Under the pieces are notes generated by a model. The model saw only the letters and a list, made by a program, of their open reading frames with translations. It was not told the DNA's origin and did not search any database. 64,000 nucleotides of DNA, taken from Pyrinomonadaceae bacterium (GTDB lineage Bacteria > Acidobacteriota > Blastocatellia > Pyrinomonadales > Pyrinomonadaceae). Below, one piece after another: positions 10,971 through 19,889 of the stretch; the stretch's first letter is position 1, and the number at the start of each line of letters is the position of its first letter. The stretch spans positions 96,001 through 160,000 of the forward strand of contig JBKBYA010000004.1 in NCBI GenBank assembly GCA_046313635.1. Reading direction: 5' to 3'. Made by a program: the position numbers and the translations under genes.

Positions 10971-12866
10971 TCAGGCCGCGGCGGTCGCGGCTGCGAGAGC
11001 GTCTCTCACCTTTAGCGGCTGGATCTGGATCAGGCCTTCGGGAGCGTCGGCGAGCCAGGTCGAAGGGCAGACGCCGCAGGTCGTGCACTTCTCGACCGCG
11101 GGACACGGAAGGCTCGACAGAGACTCAAGCGCCTTCTGGTGCTCAGTCCGCAAAAAATCGAACGACAGCCCGGTATCGACTATCGACCAAGGCAGAAACT
11201 CGTCGTACCCGCGCCGCCTCGAAGTGTGAAATGCCGCATCGACGCCCGTCTCGCGAAGTGAACGGTCGATGCTGCCGTCGCCGCGAGCGGCGCGGTCGAT
11301 CACGGCGGCGATCCGCCGGTCGCCCGACGAGAAGAGCGCCTGCTCGTGAGCGATGCGGGCAGACATAAAGCGGACCTCGACATTCGGTATGCGAGACAAT
11401 CCTTTGCAGACGTACTTGATCCGCTTTTTGAGTTCCTTTTCGTCGCAGATCGGCTCCCACTGGAGCGGCGTATTCGGCTTTGGGACAAAGCCGTTCAGCG
11501 ACGGGATGATCTTGCCTGCGCGTCCGAATTTCTTCCCGGCCTCGAGCATCCGGTCCTTGATCCGCTCGACGAGGACGAACATCTCATCTAGATCTTCCTG
11601 CGTCTCGGTCGGCAGACCGACCATCATGTAAAGCTTGATCGTCAGCATCCCGCGGTCAAAGACCGCTCCGCAGATATCGACGATCTCGTCGTTGGTCAGA
11701 TTCTTGTTGATGACGCGGCGCAGGCGGTCGGAGCCCGTTTCGGGTGCGACGGCGATCTGCTGGTCGCGAGACTCGACGAGCGCGTCAAGCAGCTCGTCGG
11801 AGATCTGGTCGAGACGCAGCGACGAGACCGAGATGCGATAGTCCATCGCCCGCAGCTCGCGCAAGATCGTCGAGATCTCAGGATGATCGCAGACGGCGGT
11901 CGAGACGAGGCCGATCTTGTCGGTTTTCGACCGCCACTCGCGGGCCTTGGCGAGGATATCTTTTGCAGGCACGACGCGGGGCGGATAGTAGTTGTAGCCC
12001 GCCCAGCAAAAGCGGCAGCCTTGCGAACATCCGCGCGAGATCTCGACGAGCAGCCGGTCGCCCATCTCCGCCTCCGGCGCCCAAACGGCGGTGGACGGGC
12101 AAAAGATCTCTTGATCGATCAGAAAGTCTGCGAGCTCCGTCTCGCCGCGCTTGAGCGCGCGGCGCAGCGTACCTTCTTTTGGATTGACCGACGCAAGAGC
12201 CCGGCCGACGCGTGCGGGCACGCCGTCGAGCTTTGGCGTGTAATCGAGGACCGTACCGTCGTCGGCGTATCTGACATCGTAGAGCGACGGTACGTAAAAT
12301 CCGCGGCCGATCCGCGCGAGCTCGAGCAGAGTATCTTCTTTCGACTCAGTCTCGAGGATCGCGTCGACGAGCTGGCAGGCGAGGATCTCGCCCTCGCCGA
12401 CGGCGATCACGTCGGTGAAGTCCGCGATCGGTTCCGGATTAAGGAACGACGCGGCCCCGCCCATCACGACGAGCGGATCAAAGTGCGTCCGATCGCGGGA
12501 CCAGACGGGCACGCCCGAGAGATGGAGCATTCGGGCCATATTGAGGTAATCGGTCTCGAACGAGATCGAAAACGCGATCACGTCAAAGTCTCTTACCGGC
12601 GTCTGCGTCTCGAGCGAGAGCAGACGCGTCCGCGATTTTTCGTACTCTTTGAGCTCCGCCGGATCAGGCAAAAAGACCCGCTCGCACGCGACCTCCGGAA
12701 TGTTGTTAAAGAGGTCGTACATCGTGTGCAGGCCGAGGTTTGCCATACCGATCGAGTACGTGTTCGGGTAGCAGAGAGCGATCCGCAGGCGCGCGCCTCG
12801 TCGGACGACGTGACCTTCCTCACTCGCCAGCTTCTTTTTGTAGCTTTCAATGATAGCTCTCGACAT
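10971..12866 (-). CDS. Radical SAM protein with N-terminal B12-binding-like domain
   Basis: CSQGCRFC (CxxxCxxC), YPNTYSIGMANLG, FVPKPNTP and a C-terminal CTTCGVC. Confidence 0.85.
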   Translation of the reverse strand: MSRAIIESYKKKLASEEGHVVRRGARLRIALCYPNTYSIGMANLGLHTMYDLFNNIPEVACERVFLPDPAELKEYEKSRTRLLSLETQTPVRDFDVIAFSISFETDYLNMARMLHLSGVPVWSRDRTHFDPLVVMGGAASFLNPEPIADFTDVIAVGEGEILACQLVDAILETESKEDTLLELARIGRGFYVPSLYDVRYADDGTVLDYTPKLDGVPARVGRALASVNPKEGTLRRALKRGETELADFLIDQEIFCPSTAVWAPEAEMGDRLLVEISRGCSQGCRFCWAGYNYYPPRVVPAKDILAKAREWRSKTDKIGLVSTAVCDHPEISTILRELRAMDYRISVSSLRLDQISDELLDALVESRDQQIAVAPETGSDRLRRVINKNLTNDEIVDICGAVFDRGMLTIKLYMMVGLPTETQEDLDEMFVLVERIKDRMLEAGKKFGRAGKIIPSLNGFVPKPNTPLQWEPICDEKELKKRIKYVCKGLSRIPNVEVRFMSARIAHEQALFSSGDRRIAAVIDRAARGDGSIDRSLRETGVDAAFHTSRRRGYDEFLPWSIVDTGLSFDFLRTEHQKALESLSSLPCPAVEKCTTCGVCPSTWLADAPEGLIQIQPLKVRDALAAATAAA

Positions 12867-13003
12867 CGCGGGTCAATGAAAGAGCCTAACAAACAAGATG
12901 ACAAAGCGGCAATCGCTATGTCGTGCGAATTGCCGCCTTGTCGCGTCTGCGGGCTCGGACCTTTGATGCCTGCCGGCGGCGCTTTGCCGCTCGCGAATTC
13001 AAA

Positions 13004-14266
13004 CTATTTGCCGCCCTTGTTTGCGTTCGGGTCCGAGGCGATATAGAAGAGCCTGTGCTGCACAATAAATTGCTTCTCGTCATAAACGCCGTCGCCGTCG
13101 ACATCGACCTTGACGTCGATCTTATGGCGCTTGCCGGGCGTGCGCTGGCCCTGCAGGTCGTAGGCGAGGCTGTACTGATTGCGAAGCAGGCCGTTGATGC
13201 TGTTGAGATATGCGTTAATCTCGCTCGGGAAGGTCATCTCAAACAGCGCTCCGCCCGATTCTCTGGCAAAGGTCTGAAGCTGATTCCTCGCCTGCAGGAA
13301 GCTCAGGCGTCCCGGCGCACCCGAGATCGAATCGGTCGCGTCGAGCAGATGCTCGTACTTTTTGTAAAAGAGATTGCCCGTGCTGATGATGTAGATCGGA
13401 ACGCCCGCCTCTTGGATCACCTTGCGGACGTCGTTGAGGTTGCTGCGGCCAAACGTATTCAGGCCCGACGCGACCAGCAGGATCGCGCGGCGTTTTGCCT
13501 TGACGTCGACCATCCCGCCGTACATCGCCGTGCGTTCCTTTGAGTTCTCGAGCACGACCGCGTCGGCCTTGCCGCCGACCAGCGAAAATATCAACGCGTC
13601 GAAAAGATTGCTGTCGGTGAATGCGGGACGATTCTTCAAAAGCAGATCGACCGTGGCGCGGAGCCGGTTGGGGTCATTGGTAAAATCGGTGATCGGCGTC
13701 GGCCGCAGATCGAATGCGATTACCGACGCGTAATCGTCCGGCGGTTTGATGAATCCAGAAAGGAACTGCGCGACCGGACGCAGCACTTCGTACGTGCCCG
13801 GCTCCCAGTAGCCTCCGCCCGCTGCGCCGAGCCGCTCCGACCACTTGCTGTACTCGACGACGAGCGTGACCGTGATCGGCGCTTCCGGTGTCGAAAAGCT
13901 CGATATCTCTTGCTTGACGCCGTCCTCAAAGATCGCGAAGTTCTCCTTCTTGAGTCCCGTCACGATCTGGCCCGTCTTTTTGTTATAGACGACCGAGTTG
14001 ACGCTGACGATCTTTGACTCGACGCGCTCGACGCCCTCTTCGGGGATGGCATTCTTTTCTTCTTCAAGCCGGCGGCGCTCCTCCTCTTCTTTTTTCAGCT
14101 CCTCCTCGGTCTTGGGCACCGGCCGCTGGTTACGTTTGCCTTCACCCTTCGACGGGTCGGGCTTTTGCGGCCGCGACTGAGCGGCAACGCGTCCTGACGG
14201 CGCCAAAAGGGTGACGATCAATGCCGCCGTCGCGACGGCAAAAAAGAATGATCGGAGGATTCGCAT
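13004..14266 (-). CDS. Acidobacteria-type VWA domain exported protein
   Basis: Signal peptide; VTGLKKENFAIFEDGVKQEI, ARESGG and LRNQYSLAY motifs. Confidence 0.8.
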   Translation of the reverse strand: MRILRSFFFAVATAALIVTLLAPSGRVAAQSRPQKPDPSKGEGKRNQRPVPKTEEELKKEEEERRRLEEEKNAIPEEGVERVESKIVSVNSVVYNKKTGQIVTGLKKENFAIFEDGVKQEISSFSTPEAPITVTLVVEYSKWSERLGAAGGGYWEPGTYEVLRPVAQFLSGFIKPPDDYASVIAFDLRPTPITDFTNDPNRLRATVDLLLKNRPAFTDSNLFDALIFSLVGGKADAVVLENSKERTAMYGGMVDVKAKRRAILLVASGLNTFGRSNLNDVRKVIQEAGVPIYIISTGNLFYKKYEHLLDATDSISGAPGRLSFLQARNQLQTFARESGGALFEMTFPSEINAYLNSINGLLRNQYSLAYDLQGQRTPGKRHKIDVKVDVDGDGVYDEKQFIVQHRLFYIASDPNANKGGK

Positions 14267-14330
14267 AGGTCAGTATCGTGCTGCAAGCTGAATGAACTTT
14301 AGATACAACGCGGGCGGATTTAGTTGGCGG

Positions 14331-15089
14331 CTAGAGCGGAAGGATCTCTATCTTGACGTCAAATGCTCCGCTGTTGTCGGTCAGATCGCCCTCGTTCACG
14401 CCGAAAAACAATGCTCCGTCCCGATCGGCCGTAAATTCGCGCATCGAGCCGATGTAGATAAAATCGTTATTGTCGTCGCCGATCACCGCGATCAGCGCGC
14501 CGGTCGCGACGTTCGGCATCAGTTTCTGCGGATCGTCGAGGTCAGCCAGCCCCGATGGCGTCGCAGTGCGTCCGGCGCCCAGCGAGACCGTGCCTCTTGC
14601 CGAGACCCGAACGCGCTGGCCGCGTTTTACGACCCAGCCCGAATTTGTCCAGCCGTTGGCGGTGTTGTCGGCGAGGACCTTGATATCGATCTCGATCGGT
14701 CTTGCCGCGGACGCGGCGGGAGCGGGCGGGCCCGACGCCGAACTCGCGGGAGCAGCGGGCCGCGTGGTGCTAGCGATATTTTCGGTCGTAACGACCTTAT
14801 AGGCCGGCGACTGTGCCGCGGCGGCCTGCCGCGGCGGGGCGGAGCCGTTTGACGGCGTCGCGGCGTCAAACTCGATCGACGCGACCTCAGCCGCGTCAAA
14901 CGACAACTCTCGCCGACGGCTGCCCTCGCCGATCGCCACGATGAATTTGCCGTCGCGAAAGCTGACGATCGTTCCCTTGATGATGCTGCCGTCCTTGAGC
15001 CTTATCGTGTCGGCTGCGGCCGCCGATGCGAGGACCAGCACGACGATCATGGCCCGAATGGCAGCGATCGCTGATTTGCTCTTGTACAT
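14331..15089 (-). CDS. Exported protein with possible C-terminal LecA/PA-IL-like lectin domain
   Basis: Signal peptide, DTIRLKDGSIIKG N-domain, Ala/Pro linker, GALIAVIG..LFFGVNE..DNSGAFDV C-domain. Confidence 0.6.
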   Translation of the reverse strand: MYKSKSAIAAIRAMIVVLVLASAAAADTIRLKDGSIIKGTIVSFRDGKFIVAIGEGSRRRELSFDAAEVASIEFDAATPSNGSAPPRQAAAAQSPAYKVVTTENIASTTRPAAPASSASGPPAPAASAARPIEIDIKVLADNTANGWTNSGWVVKRGQRVRVSARGTVSLGAGRTATPSGLADLDDPQKLMPNVATGALIAVIGDDNNDFIYIGSMREFTADRDGALFFGVNEGDLTDNSGAFDVKIEILPL

Positions 15090-15350
15090 AACCTTGTCTC
15101 CGGTCACCGAGGAGAGGATCGGACCGCCGGCCGGCCGTCGAAACGTTGATGCCCGCCCGGCGTAAACCGTTGTAGCGTTTGGCCCGCGTTCCGGCGAGAT
15201 TATAACTCAGCTTGGCGCCGGGCGTCGCCGCCGGCTCGTTTGACGACGCCGGCCGATGCGCGTCACGCAAGCGGCGCGGCGGGGGAACGTTCAACAAATG
15301 GCCCGCCCGCGGGACGGGACGAACGAGTTTTAATGGGAAGGACGGAACTT

Positions 15351-16139
15351 ATGAACAAAGTACTTATTCGATATCTGGTTTTTGCTCTGCTGGCTGCCGG
15401 CTCCGCCGCCGCAGCTTTTGGACAGTCGTCGATCTTGGACGGCCGCGTGTGGAAGCTCGAGGCGATCGGCGGCCGCGAGACCGGAGACGGCCGGGCGCGG
15501 CTCGAGTTTGACGTCGCGGCCCGCCGCTTTACCGGCAGCGGCGGCTGCAACAGCATTTCGGGAAGTGTCTCGATAACACGTCGCGCGATCAGATTCGGCT
15601 CGCCGGTGATGACGAGGATGTACTGCGGCTCGCCGGCCGGTGTTATGCGTACCGAACGCTCGTTTGTCGACGCGTTGCGACGTGCGACCCGATTCAGCGT
15701 GGCCGGCGATAGGCTGTATCTTTTTGCGGGCCGGCGTGAGCTGTTGAGAATGGTCGCCGACGAGCCGGCTGACCGCGTCAAGGACCAGGTCGGGCTCGAG
15801 GACCAAAAGTGGATACTCGAGACGATCCACGGGCGGCCGCTGCCGCGGCTCTCGCAGACCCCATTCATCGTCTTTGACCCGGCGAAGGGGAGTGCCGGCG
15901 GCAACACGAGCTGCAACATCTTTACGGGCGAGTATTCGGCAGCGGGCGACCGCTTTAATTTCAAGGCCGGCATAATGACGATGCGCGCCTGCATCGAGGA
16001 GCCGGGCAATGTGCAGCAGAGGTTTCTCGATGCGCTGGGCGCGGCCGACCGATACGAGATCGAAGGCAGCCGGCTGAGGCTCTTTGAGGGCCGGCGAGAG
16101 GTCCTCGGTCTAAAGGGCGTGCCGAGAGACAAGCAGTAG
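15351..16139 (+). CDS. Tandem META (HslJ-like) domain protein
   Basis: Two repeats with W.L..I.G, G..GCN/SCN and T.M.C motifs; signal peptide. Confidence 0.85.
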   Translation: MNKVLIRYLVFALLAAGSAAAAFGQSSILDGRVWKLEAIGGRETGDGRARLEFDVAARRFTGSGGCNSISGSVSITRRAIRFGSPVMTRMYCGSPAGVMRTERSFVDALRRATRFSVAGDRLYLFAGRRELLRMVADEPADRVKDQVGLEDQKWILETIHGRPLPRLSQTPFIVFDPAKGSAGGNTSCNIFTGEYSAAGDRFNFKAGIMTMRACIEEPGNVQQRFLDALGAADRYEIEGSRLRLFEGRREVLGLKGVPRDKQ

Positions 16140-16156
16140 CGGCGAGGCAGAATGCG

Positions 16157-16192
16157 AACGAGGGCTTCCTTATCGGAAGCCCTCGTTTTTTT
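16157..16192 (+). terminator. Rho-independent terminator
   Basis: aacgagggcttcc-ttatc-ggaagccctcgtt followed by a T run. Confidence 0.85.
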
Positions 16193-16281
16193 GCGGCCCG
16201 GCAGTCTCCACCTTACCCCGCGCCACACCGCGAAAATTCCCGCGGAATTACTGCATTTTTACACGACATTCACTCCGGCTG

Positions 16282-16297
16282 AGTGACGGCTGTCACA
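16282..16297. promoter_or_regulatory. CRP/FNR-family binding palindrome
   Basis: AGTGA-CGGCTG-TCACA upstream of the ldh-like/crp unit; TATTCT -10-like hexamer at 16308-16313. Confidence 0.65.
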
Positions 16298-16396
16298 TTC
16301 CGACCTTTATTCTACGCACCGCGCAAAAAAAGCCGGTTGGGAATACGGCTTGCCCCTTGTCGCTCGTGTTGATCGCGCGGCGTGCGATAACCCTGT

Positions 16397-17368
16397 ATGA
16401 AAGAGTCGATCGATCAGAGGACAGCAGTCAATCGAGTTGCGATCGTCGGGTGCGAGAATGTCGAGCCCGCGAGCGCATATTCGCTGCTGCTCAATCGGTC
16501 GATCGACGAGCTTCTGCTCCTGGGCCGAGGCGGCCGTGCTCTGCGGCGTGCCGTGCAGGCGATCTGCGATCAGTACGCCCCGCCCCGCCCGGCGCGGCTG
16601 CGGCTCGGCTCGTTTCGTGACCTCGCCGCGGCGCGCATCTTGATCGTGGCCTCAGGTGTCGCTCGCGAAACGGGCGAGGCGGCTGACGACACGCTTCGGC
16701 GCGAATACCGTTCGGTAAGCCGGCTGATGCAGCGGGTCAGATCGAGCGGCTTCTCGGGCATCGTCCTTATGACGACGGAGCCTGTCGATCTGATGACGCA
16801 GACGGCCCAGCGCCTGCTGGGCAGCTCGCCCGAGAGAGTCATCGGCATCGGTTCGACGCTTGCACGGCCGCGGCCGGCCGATCAGCCCGAGCGGCGCCGC
16901 GATCTGCCCGTGGCCGTTTGGTGCTCGGCCCGTGTCGCCGACAACCAGCAAATGGACGCGTGCGAGCCTGACTGCCCGTACTTTGAGGACGTCCTTGCAC
17001 AAGCCCGCAACGGGCAGGAGCGGCGGCGGCGCCGAGCCGGGTCGCTCGATATCGCGGCGTGCGTCATGCGCGCGTGCGAGGCGATCCTCGACGACGAAAA
17101 GGCCGTCTTCCCGGTCTCGGCGCTGGCCCGCGGCGAGTACGGCATAAGCGGCGTGTACCTCAATCTGCCGTGCGTGATCGGCAAAGGCGGCGCCGAACGG
17201 GTGCTCGAGCTGCCCGCGACAGACGAGATGCTCCGGCAGATGCTCGACAAGGCACGCTACGTCGGACGCATGAATATCGAACTGCAAAAACATCCGCGCG
17301 GGCGGCCGCGTCACTCTTTCAAAATCGGTCCGGACGCCGGTCGCGCGGCCTCGCGGACGATAACCTAA
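16397..17368 (+). CDS. Degenerate lactate/malate dehydrogenase-like protein (likely non-catalytic)
   Basis: LDH scaffold (RVAIVG, EPVDLMT, RVIGIG, FPVS..GEYG..VYLNLPCVIG), but GxGxxG and GEHGD motifs are absent. Confidence 0.7.
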   Translation: MKESIDQRTAVNRVAIVGCENVEPASAYSLLLNRSIDELLLLGRGGRALRRAVQAICDQYAPPRPARLRLGSFRDLAAARILIVASGVARETGEAADDTLRREYRSVSRLMQRVRSSGFSGIVLMTTEPVDLMTQTAQRLLGSSPERVIGIGSTLARPRPADQPERRRDLPVAVWCSARVADNQQMDACEPDCPYFEDVLAQARNGQERRRRRAGSLDIAACVMRACEAILDDEKAVFPVSALARGEYGISGVYLNLPCVIGKGGAERVLELPATDEMLRQMLDKARYVGRMNIELQKHPRGRPRHSFKIGPDAGRAASRTIT

Positions 17369-17371
17369 AAC

Positions 17372-18145
17372 ATGAAAAGTTCGGGCAATCTGACGATACG
17401 GCACAAGTGCAGCGGCTGCGAGCTCCGTCGCCGCGGATTTTTTTGCGACCTGCCGTCGGGCACGCTGCAGGCGCTCGAGGCGCTCAAGATAACGATGAGC
17501 TACCCGAAAGGGACAGCTCTGTTTCTCGAGGGCGAGCCGGCGAGCGGCGTCTACATCATTTGTCAGGGCAGGATCAAGTTGTCCACGCACTCGAGCGACG
17601 GCAAGGCTCTGATACTGCGTGTCGCCGAACCGGGCGAGGTGCTCGCGCTGAGCGCCGTCGTCGCGGGCACAGAGCTCAAGGCGACCGCCGAGGTCCTCGA
17701 GAGCTGCCAGGTCAATTTCATCCGCAAGCAGGATCTCCTTCGCTTTATCCGCAACCACGCGGACGCCGGGCTCGCCGCACTCCGCCAGCTCAGCGACAAC
17801 TATCACCAGGCATACACGCAGGTCTGCTCGCTCGGCCTGTCGTCGTCGGTCGCAGACAAGCTGGCCAAACTGCTGCTCGGCTGGTGCCGGAGGGCTTCGC
17901 CGCTGCCGCCGCTCGCGGGCATGGCTGGCGTAAACGGCTCATCGATACGTATGAAGCTGACCTTTTCGCACGAGGAGATCGCCGAGATGATCGGCACCTC
18001 GCGCGAGACCGTCACACGCCTGCTCAAAGAGTTTCGCGAGCGCGGCCTGATCTCTCTCAAGGGGTCGGATCTCGTGATCCACAGCGAGCGCGGCCTCGAG
18101 TCGAGCATCGGCTCGCCGCGCGGCCGCGGACGCGCCGCACTGTGA
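17372..18145 (+). CDS. Crp/Fnr family transcriptional regulator with N-terminal Cys cluster
   Basis: CSGC-x8-C N-terminus, cNMP-fold (LFLEGEP..VYIICQG), HTH SHEEIAEMIGTSRETVTR. Confidence 0.92.
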   Translation: MKSSGNLTIRHKCSGCELRRRGFFCDLPSGTLQALEALKITMSYPKGTALFLEGEPASGVYIICQGRIKLSTHSSDGKALILRVAEPGEVLALSAVVAGTELKATAEVLESCQVNFIRKQDLLRFIRNHADAGLAALRQLSDNYHQAYTQVCSLGLSSSVADKLAKLLLGWCRRASPLPPLAGMAGVNGSSIRMKLTFSHEEIAEMIGTSRETVTRLLKEFRERGLISLKGSDLVIHSERGLESSIGSPRGRGRAAL

Positions 18146-18156
18146 CGCCGGTCACT
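18141..18156. promoter_or_regulatory. CRP/FNR-family binding palindrome
   Basis: TGTGA-CGCCGG-TCACT overlapping the regulator stop codon, upstream of the cNMP-domain gene. Confidence 0.55.
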
Positions 18157-18205
18157 ATGTGTCGGTGACCGAGCTCCTATTTGAACTTTTGCGGCCGGTA
18201 TAAAT

Positions 18206-18709
18206 ATGACCCGGGAGTGTCTCGCCGAACGCGAAATGTCCTCGGGGTCAAACAAAATGCCGCCGCTCAGACCGGTCTTCGCCGGCGCGATACGCCTGCC
18301 GCGGCAGGCCGAATGCGGGGCCGAGACTCCGGAGGGGAATTGGCAGGTCGCGACCGCCGCCGCCGGCGCGTATCTCTGCCGGGTGGGCGAGCCGGCCGGC
18401 TCGATCATCCGCATCCGTAAGGGCACGGCCGAGCTGCTCGCACCGGTCGGGGCCGACGGCGTCGAGGCTGTGCTCAGAACTCTCGGGCCCGACGAGGTGG
18501 TCGGGCTGACGGAGGCCATCGCGAAGACCGGCTTCAGCGTCAGCCTGCGGGCGGCGACAGATTGCGAGTTCGAATATCTGGACGCCGACGAGTTTCGGCA
18601 GATGCTCGCCTCTGACGGCCGGCTGCGGCGGCTCATCCTGCGGCGGCTCGCACGAGGGCTGCAGCATCACCTCGACTCATTTGACAGCAAAGATCGAATC
18701 GACCTTTGA
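18206..18709 (+). CDS. Stand-alone cyclic-nucleotide-binding (Crp N-domain-like) protein without HTH
   Basis: GAYLCRVGEPAGSIIRIRKG, LGPDEVVG and RAATDC patterns; start uncertain. Confidence 0.65.
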   Translation: MTRECLAEREMSSGSNKMPPLRPVFAGAIRLPRQAECGAETPEGNWQVATAAAGAYLCRVGEPAGSIIRIRKGTAELLAPVGADGVEAVLRTLGPDEVVGLTEAIAKTGFSVSLRAATDCEFEYLDADEFRQMLASDGRLRRLILRRLARGLQHHLDSFDSKDRIDL

Positions 18710-18723
18710 ATGCCGCCGTCACC

Positions 18724-18766
18724 TGTGACGGCGCGCACAGTACGAGGATTTTTTAGTAGTTAGGCT
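18724..18766 (+). promoter_or_regulatory. Putative class II CRP/FNR-activated promoter of the decaheme/porin operon
   Basis: TGTGA-CGGCGC-GCACA (18724-18739) and TAGGCT -10 at 18761-18766, placing the box centre at -41.5. Confidence 0.6.
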
Positions 18767-18839
18767 GTACGCGGGGCCCGAGCCTGCCCGACGGTCGTCA
18801 ACGCCCGGTTCGGCTCGCCCCTTAAAAAGGAGAGTACTC

Positions 18840-19874
18840 ATGACTTCATCAAAATATGTAAAGGTCTCGGTGCTTTGCTCCTTTTCACTGTTGTTGTTCG
18901 CGTGGATGGTCTGGGGTTCGATGTCAACGGTCGCCGGCATTTCGACGGCCGACGAATTGACCGGACCTGAGCTGGCGGCCGCGACCGGATCGCCCGACGA
19001 CTATGTCGGCAGCGAGACGTGCAAGGCCTGTCACGAAGACCAGTTCAATGCCTTTTCCAAGACAAAGCATGCTCAACTTGCAGAATTGAAAAGTTGGAAA
19101 GACAAGGCCAAGGGCTGCGAGTCATGTCACGGCCCGGGCTCAAAACACGTCGAAGATCCAACGGTAAAGGGCAGCATCATTTCATTCGCCAAAAAAGATA
19201 CGAAAGCCGCATCGGAGACGTGCCTCGCCTGCCATTCGGGCAAGGAGCAGCACAACAATTTCCGCCGCGGCGAGCATTGGCGCAACAACGTCGGCTGCAC
19301 CGATTGCCACTCGTCGCACGGCTCGGGCCATAACGATCTGACGGCCGAGTCGATCACATTCGTCGGCGGCATCGCCGGCGATCGGCCAAACGAGGGCACG
19401 ACCGCTATGCTCAAGCAGAGCGAGCCGCAGTTGTGCCTCAGCTGCCATAACGAGACAAGGTCTCAATTCACCAAGCCGTTTCATCACAAGGTGCTCGAGG
19501 GCACGATGAAGTGCAGCGACTGCCATAACGCGCACGGCGGCTTTGAACAAAAGCAGACGCGTCTCGCGGTCGGCAACGACGCGGGCTGCGTCAAATGCCA
19601 CGCCAACAAGGCCGGCCCGTTCGTCTTTGAGCATGCACCGCTCAAGGTCGAGGGCTGCTCGGCGTGCCACACGCCGCACGGCTCGGCCAACGCCAAGCTG
19701 CTCAAGCGTGCACAGGTCCGCCAGCTTTGCTTCGAGTGTCATACGGGCATCTCGGAGGAGCTCGGTCCGCAGGCGCCCAGCCTGCACAATCAGGCGCAGG
19801 TGCGATACCAGCAATGCACGGTCTGCCACTCGGCGATCCACGGATCGAATTACAGCAGTTACTTTGCCCGGTAG
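18840..19874 (+). CDS. DmsE/MtrA-family decaheme c-type cytochrome
   Basis: Ten CxxCH motifs, YVGSETCKACH, CESCHGPGS, GPFVFEHAP and IHGSN motifs; signal peptide. Confidence 0.92.
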   Translation: MTSSKYVKVSVLCSFSLLLFAWMVWGSMSTVAGISTADELTGPELAAATGSPDDYVGSETCKACHEDQFNAFSKTKHAQLAELKSWKDKAKGCESCHGPGSKHVEDPTVKGSIISFAKKDTKAASETCLACHSGKEQHNNFRRGEHWRNNVGCTDCHSSHGSGHNDLTAESITFVGGIAGDRPNEGTTAMLKQSEPQLCLSCHNETRSQFTKPFHHKVLEGTMKCSDCHNAHGGFEQKQTRLAVGNDAGCVKCHANKAGPFVFEHAPLKVEGCSACHTPHGSANAKLLKRAQVRQLCFECHTGISEELGPQAPSLHNQAQVRYQQCTVCHSAIHGSNYSSYFAR

Positions 19875-19889
19875 GCGAGAGGAGGAAAT

